Of a stretch of DNA of 64,000 bases, positions 40,051 through 52,870 are shown one piece after another (the stretch's first letter is position 1; every line of letters starts with the position of its first letter). Both the position numbers and the translations under genes were made by a program. The stretch spans positions 7,254,001 through 7,318,000 of the forward strand of contig CP075497.1 of the NCBI GenBank assembly GCA_021613535.1. The letters run 5' to 3'. The notes beneath the pieces were generated by a model, which saw only the letters and a program-made list of their open reading frames with translations, had not been told where the DNA came from and searched no databases. Source of the stretch: Adineta vaga (taxonomy: Eukaryota; Animalia; Rotifera).

Positions 40051-42869
40051 TATGACATCTTTTGATTTGAATATAATATGATTATTGTGCAATGGGAGAG
40101 GCTTTTTTTTAACTTTATCTTGTGCAATCAATTGCTAATATATATTATCAAACATATAATACAAATAAGAATATTTTCTTTTTTACCGATCGAAGTGATA
40201 TATAATTTTATTTTGAATATGAATCAAGTTTACATACAACATACTTTCTTTTTACTACTGTTGATTTTATCAATATGTTACCATCCTGAAAATATATTGA
40301 CTAACAAATTCTATCAAATCTGATGCCCTATTGATTTATAATTTGAAATACTAAATAATCGTTATTTTATCTCATCACTCACAAAAACTTATTTATCAGA
40401 ACATCAGTAGTAAAATCTGTAATCGATTCATTACGATGATTTTTATGGAAGTGCTCTCTATGTATGTGTTACTCAGCAACTAGTTTTTTTCTGTTGATTG
40501 TTAGTATAACAGGTATACAAAAATGCATTTATAAACTCTTGACTTTTTTCGACGCAACATCGATTGAAGGGAAGAAAAATGTGTAAAATGAAATTAATCA
40601 AGGTTCAAATTCCAACAACTGAAAAAATTACATATTTTTTTCGTTCTCTATACTCGAAATCATGTAGTAACGTTTCTCACTTGAATTTTGTACGTTTAAT
40701 TATTCATGCAAAGTTAATATTTGGAAAACGAAAGCTGGTTCAAGTTATCTTTACTGACGTATATTATATTTGATGATGTTTTGAGTGGAAGAAATTCATC
40801 AGAGTTTACATCCAGTTTAGTTTAATCATTTCCAGTCGGCTACCAGAAGATAGCATGCAAAACATTCAACGTCTTTATATTCTTTGTCTTTTAAGTGTGG
40901 AAGTTACTGAATTCTATTTTGGAGTTTAAAGAACTAGAATCGAGTCGAATGCGAGCATGTTGCCTTTTGATAACATCTGGTCGTAAGGGTACAAAGAGAT
41001 GGAAATGAATGATGAAATGAATTGAATGTTTTTTTTATGTATGTAGGAAGCTAGCTGCTTCATATCTTTATATTCGATAAACTTATTTGATTTTTTCGAA
41101 GTAACATTTATTTAGGTGAATCAATGAACGGTGCAATTGCATACACATGGTGGTAAGTTAGGTACAGATTAATGTCTTTCATTTATGTTCTTTTTCATGA
41201 CTCTACACTACACAGTTTGTCTTTCTTTTGCATTTATTACCTAAAATAAGGAAAAAACAAACGTGTATATATATACAATGTAAAGTGAATGTATGTGTGA
41301 TACCAGGTTGGTTTGAATAAATCGATAAATTCTAAGCATTTTTGTACTCCGAGTAACCTTTTCTTTCAGAAAACGAATTTTTGAATAAAACTGGTATTTG
41401 ATTCAGATTCCTTGACCTTGATTACCGTTTGGTAAAACTTTCTCAGAAATTAATATTGATAAACTAGTGTCAAATTCGCATACTTCAGTCTCAATTACCC
41501 GCAGGTCAAACCTTTTTTAACAACTGCAGTGACTTTTCTTGAGTTTAGCGCATGATGAATTCTGATTGGCTTGGATAGATAGACAGACAAACTTTAAGCA
41601 TTTTACTGTCGTATCTAAACATCATATAACCCTTTCTTTCAGGAAAGTGAATTATGAATCTTGTTAGAATCTCACTAAATCCGTGAACTTCCCTAGGGCA
41701 AACAGATGATATTTGCGTGATTTTCGGAAGTTTCTGAGTATTATTGGAATATATTCCATCTTAAGACTGAACGAAGTGGACAGATGAATAAAGTATGCTT
41801 TCGTTGGACAATCTGCCCTAAAAACTAACAGCAAACTATTGGACTTTTTCCAATTTTTTGTACCGTTATGATCGAATGTTGTCAAAAGACAGTATCCTGT
41901 TGGAAAGGATTAAACTATTGTCGGATAAACATTTTCGGGACCTACTTAATTATTTCATATCGAAATATAACATTTTTTTAAATCTTTATTATAATCTTCA
42001 GTAAAAAATCATATCAAAAAAGAAATCCAATGTAGAGGAAAAATTAATTTATTCTATCTGAATGATATTGAAGTGTATAGTAATATGATTTCATCGTTAG
42101 ATATATCGTTTTCAGTCATATGATCTCTTTCTTTTCTTCGCCATATTTATTCGTCCTTATTAGCCTTGTCTTCCGTCTTTTCTCTTGTTCCATTTGCGAT
42201 ATGTTATATGCTTTTTTCGCTTTCGATGAAAATTTCTACCTCTGCAGTTGACAAAGTAGTTTGATACAGTATATAATTGACAAAAATATTAAATTGTATA
42301 CCTAAACGTCACTTTTCCGTCTAAAAGTCACACTAGCATGTAATGCTATCGAACGATGTCTCACTTGACATGAGTTTAAAAATGGGTTCGGGATCGGAGC
42401 GGGACTCGTCTCGCCGGCCCTACTTGTAACTATTCATTTGAACAGTTCAAATCCTAGAATATAAGAATGTAACTTACAATGCCAAATTTTAACCAACACT
42501 AACATGACAGAGAAAAAAAAGAAACAAACTGTACCATGACAACAACTACTTAAAAATGCATTGAAGTCAATGATTGTGCCACACACTTCAGTTTGTTAAA
42601 CACGCAATGAAGAATAGAAGGATTTTTCGGCTCCTAAGAGCACGGAAAGAAAGAAAGAAAGTAAGAAATGAAACGTGTTCATGTTTTTTTGACAAATCTT
42701 TTCCGCTCCATCGACTGGCTTTTTTGTTATATCTCCGAATGATTTTCTGCTATAATTATGCAAAATTAATTATTTCACACTTTCATGCTTTATATCTGTA
42801 TTTCATGATATCTATGGGTTTTTGTTATATATTGATTATCTCAAATCTCTTTTTTAGTATCATCTAATC

Positions 42870-44240
42870 ATGTATAGGTTAATTTATTCAACAAACGTTC
42901 GTCGAAAATTACGAAATTTTATTCAATTGGTTCGATATCACTATTTTGTCACTATATCTATTCTGATAATTATTATTTTGATGGGAGTTTTTTACAAAGA
43001 AATTATCTATCATATCTATATACAAACAATCAATTTAGAACCGTATAAAACTTCGATTACTCTCTGGAGTACTGACTATCACACAGGGTATATTCTTTTC
43101 TATCGTAAACTATTTCATTATTTTCTTTATTTATTAGTCCTATTCAAGATTTGAAAACTGTACTCATACCACTTGGAGTCAAATTCTTCGATAAAAGTCT
43201 TTCATATGGTTGTGCTCGAACTGGAACATGTTATTCACCTCTACAAATGCTAACACGCACAAACGCAAAGGAGCCATCCGAAAAACTTGCTTCAGAATTT
43301 TATGATTTCTATAAAGATCAACCAGAAATGAATCTTGTCGATGCATTCGTTTGTTTTCATCCAGTAGGTATGTGTGAACTCTACATGCCATTCAATCGTA
43401 CTATCATCATTATTGCTTCGACACGTTATGAACTTTGGCGATTTGATCCAACAAGATGGACAAAACTGAACGATAATCTCAAGAAAATTGCACAAGATCC
43501 AAAGAATATCATTGCTGCAAATAATCTATATGATGTCGAATATATTCGTTATTTTACTGGACTGAATGTTACACTCCTACCAAGTTTATGTGACTATACC
43601 AATGTTGATTATAATCCAACGAGAAAAGAATTTCTACTAGCTCCGATTCATGCAACAGATTTTGCGATTTTATTCAAAAGATTACTCTATAACTCTTTAA
43701 AGTCGCATGAAATAAAAGTGGTATCAATTAGACAACTCTATCCTGACTATGAATATTCAGATTTAGCTAAACATCCAGCTATTGTTTATGTACCCTATCA
43801 AGTTTCAGTAATGAGTTTATTCGAACAATATCGTATGAATATACCACTCCTCTTTCCATCGTATGAGCTTTTAACTCAATGGCACTTCGAATACAATGTA
43901 GTCAATGAAAAAACGTGGGATCAAGCTTGGTACGGTATAATACCTAATAGTTCACGTATTCCGGGTGTATTAGAAAATATTCCAGATCCAAATAATGATC
44001 ATGATCGAACATCAATTCGTTACTGGTTGAATTTTTCTGATTTCTATCAATGGCCACATATTACCTATTATGAATCAACGGATGATCTAATTCAGAAACT
44101 GAAAACCAGATTTTCGTATGATTAGCAAAAAAATGAAAGACCATAATAAACAATTGAAAGAAAGCTTAGTGCTGAAATGGAAAGGAATATTGGATAATAT
44201 CAAACGATACTCCAGAAAATTTCATCGACCAAACTCTTAA
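42870..44240 (+). CDS. Type II membrane glycosyltransferase-like protein (2 exons; probable frameshift near 44108)
   Basis: N-terminal TM, then WSTDYHTGPIQDLK, DAFVCFHP, HPAIVYVPYQVSVMSLFEQYRMNIPLLFPS (GT-B-like); the alternative frame gives a natural C-terminal helix to 44240. Confidence 0.7.
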
Positions 44241-44700
44241 AAATCAAGGAATAACTTAATGAAATAAATTTTCGGTGTAATTGTGATTTTCAGATCATTT
44301 TTTGTCTTTTCTATGCAGAAGATTGTCAAGGATCAATCAATCTAGCATACATATGGTAGTTGTAAATAAAAATATCCGTCTAGGAGAGAGAATGTAGTCA
44401 TGTATGATAGAATCATTCAAATTAAGAAATAGCCTTTTTTTAGTTCAAAACAAGTCTCGATTGTACCATGCTTTCTTTAATCATACTCCAAGGATACTTT
44501 TAGATATGATATAGAAAGAATTTCATGTCTGAGAATATTCTCCTGCTATATTCAAACAGAATAATCATTCTGAAGTAGAACTCCATTGTAAAACAAATCC
44601 TCAGTTACTAAGCGTACTAGAGAATTCGGCGCTTTTAAATTACTATCCTCTTTCTTATGAAAATATTTCTGTTATTTTATCTACAATAAAATCAATTCTT

Positions 44701-45618
44701 ATGAATACATATGAACAAACTAATCAACAACTAAACGAATATCATTCCTTCACTTCATCTATTCTTAACTTTCTTCGTAAATATTTAAATCAATTTCACA
44801 AAGCGTTGATGACTTATTCCATTGTTCTTAAACATCTTCATACAAAATCATTTCTCCTACTATCGAAAACAAATCATTCACAACAAACAATTGAACATTT
44901 ACATCATGCTTTTTCATCTTTTATCCAAACATTCGATCATGAATCTTCTCAATTAGAACAACGAGCAGAATTTCTCACAACTATTCATTCAAACATTGAT
45001 AAACTTCATCATCAAATCAATGCATCAAAATTTCTTAGACAAAAATATAAATTACATAAAAATACGTATCGTATTATACGTTTACATCGACATAAGAAAA
45101 GACAATATCTATATCAGTTACTTCCTCAAATCCAACAACATGAAAAACTTACAACAACTTATAAAAATCATCTTGATCATATGACATCACAAACAACAAA
45201 TCTTTTATGGAAACTTTTTTCATATTCACCTTACAAACACGATGTTAATCGAATCAAAACACCATTCAATTCATTACTAAACAATGAACCAACAATCACT
45301 GTATCACGCAAAACAATTGAAAAACAAAATATTCATTTATCATCTTCTATCGAATTAGGTTCAGGTGATCAATTACATTCAGAATCAACTAAAGAGAGAG
45401 TAGATAACAATGATGATGATATTCAATGGATGAATATTGTCAAACAAAATATCATTCAACGACAACAAACAACAGAAAAAGTAATCAATCATAATAATAA
45501 TAATAATATGAAACAATCATTAACACGAAATAAAGATATAGACGAATCAAATGATTCATTACATCTGTCTGATATCACTTATACAACTGATTATTATTCA
45601 CAAAATGATTCCGATTAA
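44701..45618 (+). CDS. Intronless 305 aa protein with helical/coiled-coil N-terminal half (BAR-like?) and disordered tail
   Basis: Long ORF with amphipathic helical pattern; the fold call is inference only. Confidence 0.6.
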   Translation: MNTYEQTNQQLNEYHSFTSSILNFLRKYLNQFHKALMTYSIVLKHLHTKSFLLLSKTNHSQQTIEHLHHAFSSFIQTFDHESSQLEQRAEFLTTIHSNIDKLHHQINASKFLRQKYKLHKNTYRIIRLHRHKKRQYLYQLLPQIQQHEKLTTTYKNHLDHMTSQTTNLLWKLFSYSPYKHDVNRIKTPFNSLLNNEPTITVSRKTIEKQNIHLSSSIELGSGDQLHSESTKERVDNNDDDIQWMNIVKQNIIQRQQTTEKVINHNNNNNMKQSLTRNKDIDESNDSLHLSDITYTTDYYSQNDSD

Positions 45619-46760
45619 CATCATCGTTTTGTAATTTCACAAGTTTCTTGCTCTATATTATATACTTTCTCAATCATTCTTTTCATGTATTAATCATATA
45701 CTTTATATAATGCAAATATTGTCATATATTATAAAACTAAATTTCTTTTCTCTCATTGGAACACGATAAAAACGATTCCATCATCTTACAAAAAACGTAT
45801 CCTGATCATTAATTCTTGAATAAAACGATTACTCTTTCTTTTCTCTCTTTTTCTTCTTGACAAACCACTATTGAAAATATTCTCATATGACTATATAAAT
45901 ATCAGCATACATATTCATAATATTCGTAAGTAAATATCATTCATATTCGTAATTGATGAATCACATAAGTAATAATCATACTTTACCACAGTATAATCAA
46001 AAGAAATCGGTACATTTTGACATGATAAATTTGAAACTAAAATTAGATTTTAATGGTGGAAAATTATTCTTTGATTCAAATTAATATGTCATTTGATACA
46101 TCTTTTGTGGGAGAAAAGAAAAACATCGAAATATTTTGGTACTTTTACCTTGAAAGAATTCTTTCTAATCAATATTGACTATTGTAAAACTTATTTTGCA
46201 TATAAAAGTATCAAAATAAGATCGGACAATCGTACTTTACACTATCAATTAAGTCTATAGAATTTTATACATTTATTTCATTAAAAGGGAAAAAAACCAT
46301 CTTGAAATATTTGTATAGCATTGTAAGATTTTCGAAACTAATGTCATTCAATATTACATTGAATATTGTTCGAGATTTAAATACGATATTAACCAAGGAA
46401 TAAACGATTAAATGTTGAATTAGTATTATATTACATATTGTATTGTTGATAGCTTATAAACATGATACGATCAGTTGTCAATACATAATATAACAACGTT
46501 TTTCTTTTGTGTATGTGTATAGATAAAGTAGGTTATTCGAAAGTAAGTTTGGGATGAATAGTTTGCACAAAAAACAAAGAAGAAGAGAATTTATTGTTCA
46601 GTTTTTTTACGTAGTCACATAAGATACAATTAGAAATGTAACTAATGAAAAGAGAGTAATAAGAGATACCATTAAAACAGTAGATATTAGACGTTTTTGA
46701 TATTCGGTCATGAGTCCATAGTAATACAAGAGAAAAAAAAGAAATCAATGTTCTTATAAT

Positions 46761-46925
46761 CTAATGAAGAATAATCCACAATGCATGAATAATACCAATG
46801 ATCCAAAAGCCAACAATAGTTAAAACTAAATTAATAATAACTTGATTATTACAAGTTTTTTGATGTAGATAAACAGCTAATGGTGGAATAAAAATAGCAA
46901 GAATAACTAAAAGAAGATCAGCCAT
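46761..46925 (-). CDS. Pmp3/RCI2/YqaE (UPF0057) small hydrophobic proteolipid, 54 aa
   Basis: MADLLLVILAIFIPPLAVYLHQKTCNNQVIINLVLTIVGFWIIGIIHALWIILH*, with family motifs AIFIPPLAV, INL.LT and GIIHALW. Confidence 0.9.
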   Translation of the reverse strand: MADLLLVILAIFIPPLAVYLHQKTCNNQVIINLVLTIVGFWIIGIIHALWIILH

Positions 46926-47993
46926 GTTAGTAATAGTGTTTTGATTAATCGATGCTTGAGTTTATGTGGAGGAAAAAGTGAATGTATACTGTTCTTTTTC
47001 TCTACTCGATTTTTGTAAAAGAGAAGAACAGGGAGAGAGAGAGAGAAGAAATTTCTTTTTTTTTAAGAGAGAGAAAGAAGATATCGAATAGTTCTGTATG
47101 CAAACGTGTTACCTATTAGTTTAGTCAACCAACGGCATGATAAAAATAATATAGACACATGCTTATTCAACAAACGAAATTTGACCTAGGTGGGCAAATA
47201 GCAGCAAATAAAAGTAAAGAAAACGATCGAACTACACCAGATTCTCAATGTTTGATCATCCTATCGCAAGGATCCGATTTTGTCAACTTTATTTGAAACT
47301 TTCAAGGATTTACATTCTCTTTTTCTTTTCTTTTTCATTGATCATTTTCCAAATAAATCAACAGAGAAAAAGAAAATCTCATTTCATTATTATCAAATGT
47401 ACGGACACATCGTCATGTTTTTGCATATTAAACCAGTTAAATCTCCAAAGCCAACGAAAGAATACGAAGACCTTTATATGAAGATTAATAAAAGCAAAAC
47501 CCGTCTGTTAGTACAATAATTTCACGTAAACTGTATAACATTTTGGTCGAAATCTACCAGTGACATGTACGAGAGTACAAGGATTATATTTGTTATTCAA
47601 AAGAGATGTGTAGACGCCGTCAAAATAAACTTCTGTATGATTGATTCATTTTACTATGAAAAATAAACCGATACAACAACAAAACAAACAATCGTGATTA
47701 GACTTCCGTTTAAAAAAATGCTTTATTTTCCGCGAAATAGTAATTGATTGATTTCAAGTAGGTACTTCAACAATTTTCCATTTTCATTTTTTGATATATT
47801 TCACAAAAGATGTTGAACTCTGATGTGATATGTTTTCTCAATTTTTTGTCTATCGAAAACATATCGCGCGATTATTTATTTACGATCATGTTAGTAGAAC
47901 ATAAACAAAAATAATAAATTTCCTATATAATTATAAGTAGAAAATAGTATCGAGCATGATTATGAACAATAAAGGAAAGAAAAACAGTGTTGT

Positions 47994-50917
47994 TTATTGA
48001 AACTGTTCGATCATATCTCCAGTTTCTTTGGTCACATATCCAAAATAGACTAATAATTTTAAGAATTTAAATTTAAACCATCGTTCCATTCGATCTTTGC
48101 TAAAATAAAAACAAGAAGAAGAAATGAAAATCAACGATCATCTTTACTAATGAAGTTTTTCTTTGACTTACAAAAGTATCAAATCGAAAAGAAATAATTC
48201 AAATCGAGCATAAATACGATCTTTCATAAATCGATGTGGTCCTTCTTGTTTACGAGCACCAAGAATAGCACTAAAAAGATAAATTGACAAAATACGAAAA
48301 TGATTATCCATCGATCTTTTCTAGAACAAGTTGTTTATTCTTGTAACTGAATGACGTCGTTATACTTTGATATGCACAGACAATCGATAGACATGATTAA
48401 ATATTCTATTAGATGATTGCGTGTGGAAATTTATTTTTAATAAAAACATATAACTTAGTACTACTGATTATGATGTTTTCAATATATATATATATATAAA
48501 TATCTAGTTCAATGGGGTTATACAAATGTTACTAACCTTCGAGCCATAATTGTATGTCGATCGATAAGATTTCCATGATCACGAATAGTTGATCGTATTT
48601 GATTTAAATTTCTAGAAAAGATTTTGTCGACGATATTTATATATATTTATCATAAATAAAATCATTCAGTCTCAAAGAAGATTTATTGTTCAACGTTGAT
48701 CTTGTTATGAAAACTACCTGAGAACAAGAATAAGTTTGTCTGGTAATTGTTGAAATACATCAATAACTTGATCCATTGTTTCACGAGCTTTCAATTGAAT
48801 ACGAGCCATTTCTTCTTTAGTTATTTTCTGTCGAAATGATACACTACCAGCTCGAGAACGTAATGATTGCATTATCAAAATTTCAGCAAACAGACGATGA
48901 TATTTCTCTATATATAATGTCATCAATGAAAACACAATCTTTGTTTACTATCGATCTCTCTCTCCCTCTCTTGCACACACAATTATTCAAAAGAAAACGA
49001 TGACGATAACTAACCTTAAGATCATTAATAATGGTCGAGGCATATTATAAAGAATTCGTAAAACACTATCTTGAATATCATTGAAAATAACTGAAAAATC
49101 TTTACGTATAGCCATTTTTTGTTGTGGACTCAGATTTAAGAATTCTCTTTCAGTCTATGAGTTTTATCAAAGAAAGAAAATTTTGGAGAATGAAGAAAAT
49201 GATCGATTTCTTACAGGAAGACGAATTTTTCCTTGTTCATGTGCAGCTTTTTGATCATCGGATGACATTTGATCCCAAATTTCTGGTAAGATTGCTAGAT
49301 CATGAATAGGTCGATGAATTGGTCGCATAGAAAGAACCGTAGCAAATGTCAAATAGTCCTTATCTATATCAACAAGACAACAGTTCAATATTTCATCGTC
49401 ATCATTTTCTTTCTCATAGAATTGTGAATGTGTATGTTAATTATTAGAACATCTTTAACTTACCTTTCACGCCAAGTGCTATTGAATATTGTTTCATTTT
49501 AGCTTCATCTTTTAATATGATTGCTTTCCATAATTGACATAAAGCTTCTCGATCTTTTGGACTAATAGTAACATATAAACCATGATCAAGTAAAACGATT
49601 TGAACATTAGATTTCGTCGGAGTCTTAGGATCTTTTCGAACATAAACATTGCCTGGCTAATAAGAGAAAAAAAGATTTCGTTTATGGAATAAAGGATATC
49701 TACACCCAACATACATGAGGATCAGCATGTACGAAACCTGAATGAAATATTTGAAAAGCCATTGCTTCCACCAGTTTCGTATCAATTTCTTTCAATGATA
49801 AATTTGATTGTTTAATTTTATCTAAATCGGAAACTTTGATTCCATCGATGTACTCCATTACTAATACTCGTTTCGTTGTATATTCCCAGAAAACTTTTGG
49901 AACATAGATATATTTTAAATAAGGAGATAATTGGGCATAACATAAATCAGCATTTTCACCTTCTAGTTTAAAATCAAGTTCACGTTCTAAACTAGTCTTG
50001 ACTGAATCAATCATCCAACCAAATTCAAATTTGGGAAAGATTTTACCCAATGCATATAATATCATTCGAATAGTTAGAATATCACCGGTAAAACGATCTT
50101 GTAAATCAATATATTGCAATTTAACTGCGACACGTTCATCAGTTGATTTCAAACGACCTTCATACACTTCAGCTAGAGACGCGGCAGCAATTGGTTCAGG
50201 AGAAAGATAAGAAAATAAATCAGACACTTGACAACCAAATTCTTCATCGATTAACTGACTAACCTAAATAATCCATTTCGATATTTTGATTAAATCATGA
50301 GAGAAAAAAGACTATTTTACTTCATTTCGTTGTCTCCGTAGAGCTTTATCTTGCAAAAGACGAAGACCTTCCGTATATTCTTTCGGTAAAATATGATCAG
50401 CACTGACCATTCCTTGACCCATCTTTACATATAAACCACCATTATCTATACATCCTTGTGCTATTCGAGCTGCAGCACGTTGATGACATTCTTTTAACTT
50501 TATTTCATATTCAAGTGATGTTTCTGGTACTGTCCAAAAAAGATATTTATAATCAATTGCAATAAGCGCACCGATTTGAAATGATCTATAATATAGATAA
50601 TCTCAAACTATTTCGATAGTTTTCTCAAAATCATACGAACCGATATCCAGTTGAAAACCTTCAAAAGTGACACGTATTTGACGTTGTTCTTTAGGTGTTA
50701 GATAATAAAAATAATAGAGACTACTACCGCCAATAATTACTCCATTAGCAATCAAAAAATTTCGTAGAAAACGATGATTACCACGTTTTCCACCGATTTG
50801 ATTAGCAACTGATTGAACTGTATTTGAATTATTATTTGAAATAAACTTTTTTGTTATTAAACGATACGAATAGGATGGTAATAACAATGAACAAGCTCGA
50901 AAAGCATTTACATACAT
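47994..50917 (-). CDS. ADCK5: ABC1/UbiB atypical kinase, ADCK5-like, with mutually exclusive cassette
   Basis: GGLYVKMGQG, PIAAASLAEV, VAVKLQY, ELDF..EG.N, GFVHADPHPGN, LLDHGLY, LRNLNQIRS...DR...MARSA. Confidence 0.88.
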
Positions 50918-51091
50918 AAATCTAGAATAATATCTATAAAGAATATTTTCGGATTTTGTCATAGATATTTGACATAACGTATATATATATATCGACTAAA
51001 CTGTACAAAGAGAATTCTCTTCAATGAAATAGAAAATAAATTCTAATTTTTTTTATCACAAAAAAATACCGGACAAAACGAAATATATCAA

Positions 51092-52870
51092 TTAATGTCT
51101 CATACGTTTGGCTCGTCCATTTGAAGTGCTATCCATTGTTGTTGCATCAAAATCTTCATCCATGGCTGACTCATCATTAGATTGTAAACGTTTACAAGTT
51201 TTTATAGGTGAAGATGTTGGATTGATAATTTTCTCTACTCGATTAGTATTGTCATCATCATTTAATAACCATGGATGTTGAAGTACACCGTTTATTGTCA
51301 ATCGTTTAATCGGATCAACACACATCATTTGACGAATGAGATCTTTTGCAACATCGGAAACATCTGACCAAAATTCATCAGGAAATGTATAAAGACCTTT
51401 GAGAATTTGTTCTGTTAATGAAGGTAAATCAGGTGATTCACTAAATGGTGGATAACCAACTAAACATATATATAAAATAACGCCTAAACTCCATACATCA
51501 ACTTTATTTGTATAACTTCCTTCGCCACGATTTGCTAAAATTTCTGGTGCTATGAAAAAGAAAAAGAAGATTAATTTTTAATTTTTAATTTTTAATTTCT
51601 ATTTTCAATTCAATTTCTTACCAAGATAATTTGGTGTACCACAAAATGTTTTCATTAATGTTGTTTCATTAATCAATCTTGATAAACCAAAATCAGTGAT
51701 TTTAATTAATGTTTCATTTGTTTCCGATGATGTTAAAAGAACATTTTCAGGTTTTAAATCACGATGTGTTATCGAATTATCATGAAGATATTTTACGCCA
51801 ATACACATTTGTCGAAAGAGAAATTTACTTGTACTCTCATCAAATTGACCATGAGCAACTATACGATCAAATAATTCTCCACCCTCAGCTAATTCAAGTA
51901 TTATAAAGAGAGCTTCATGTGCTTCATGAACATCATGAATACGAATAATACATGGATGATTTAATCGTTGTAATATTGAACATTCACTTTTGATTTGTTG
52001 ATTAAAAACTAAAGCTTGTGGACCAATATGTGTAAACGTTTTTTTGGCAATGATTTTCATAGCAAAACGATCACATGTACCTATGAAAACAATGAATTAA
52101 ATTATTCACATCTGTTTCAATATGAAGAATAAATATACATTTGAATATTAGCTCAACTTATGCGTCTGTTTGAACATAAAATTATGAATACAATTACAGA
52201 ACTCTGAACTTTGACAGATTCCTAGAGTTTTATGAATACTCAATTTAATCTTTCAGTAAAAAGATGTCATTCTAGCACATAGTTTACCTCGTAAGAAGCA
52301 TAATTTAACTTCTCCGTAAGCTCCTCGTCCAATTTGTTTTGAAACGATGTATTTCTCTCTAACTACAGGTGGAATTGATGAATCTTCTAACGCATTCGCA
52401 TCCATATAAATATAAACACGATGTGTTTTTGATGACAAGGCAATTTCCGAATTGTTTTCTAGAACATGTTTTTTATTTTTGCCAAGTTTTTCACCATTGA
52501 CATACGTTCCATTTGATGATAAATCATGTAAATAAACAAAATTTTTTATTTCATCACGAATGATTTTAAAATGCGTCGAAGAATAAGTTGGATAATATTT
52601 CGTTGTTTGAATTTCATTTGAATTAAATAATACTGAACATGTTTTACCACGACCAAATGAATATTCTTGATCAATCAAATTAATTGATGGAAATAGTTTA
52701 TTTAAAGATAATAAACGACCCCATACATTTGCTTGTTGAATATTGTCTCCATCTTCTTCAATTCCATCAAATTTTTGTGTTGGTAAACTCAAAGTCTAAA
52801 TTAAAGTCAAGTATTTCGACTAGAATAGAAAGATTTTTAATCGACAAACCATTGGCAATGGTTCACTCAT
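51092..52870 (-). CDS. CHEK2: Checkpoint kinase 2 (FHA plus Ser/Thr kinase)
   Basis: WGRL..FGRG..S.THF..DLSSNGTYVNG FHA; IGRGAYGEVKL, HRDLKPEN, KITDFGLS, LMKTFCGTPNYLAPE. Confidence 0.93.
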
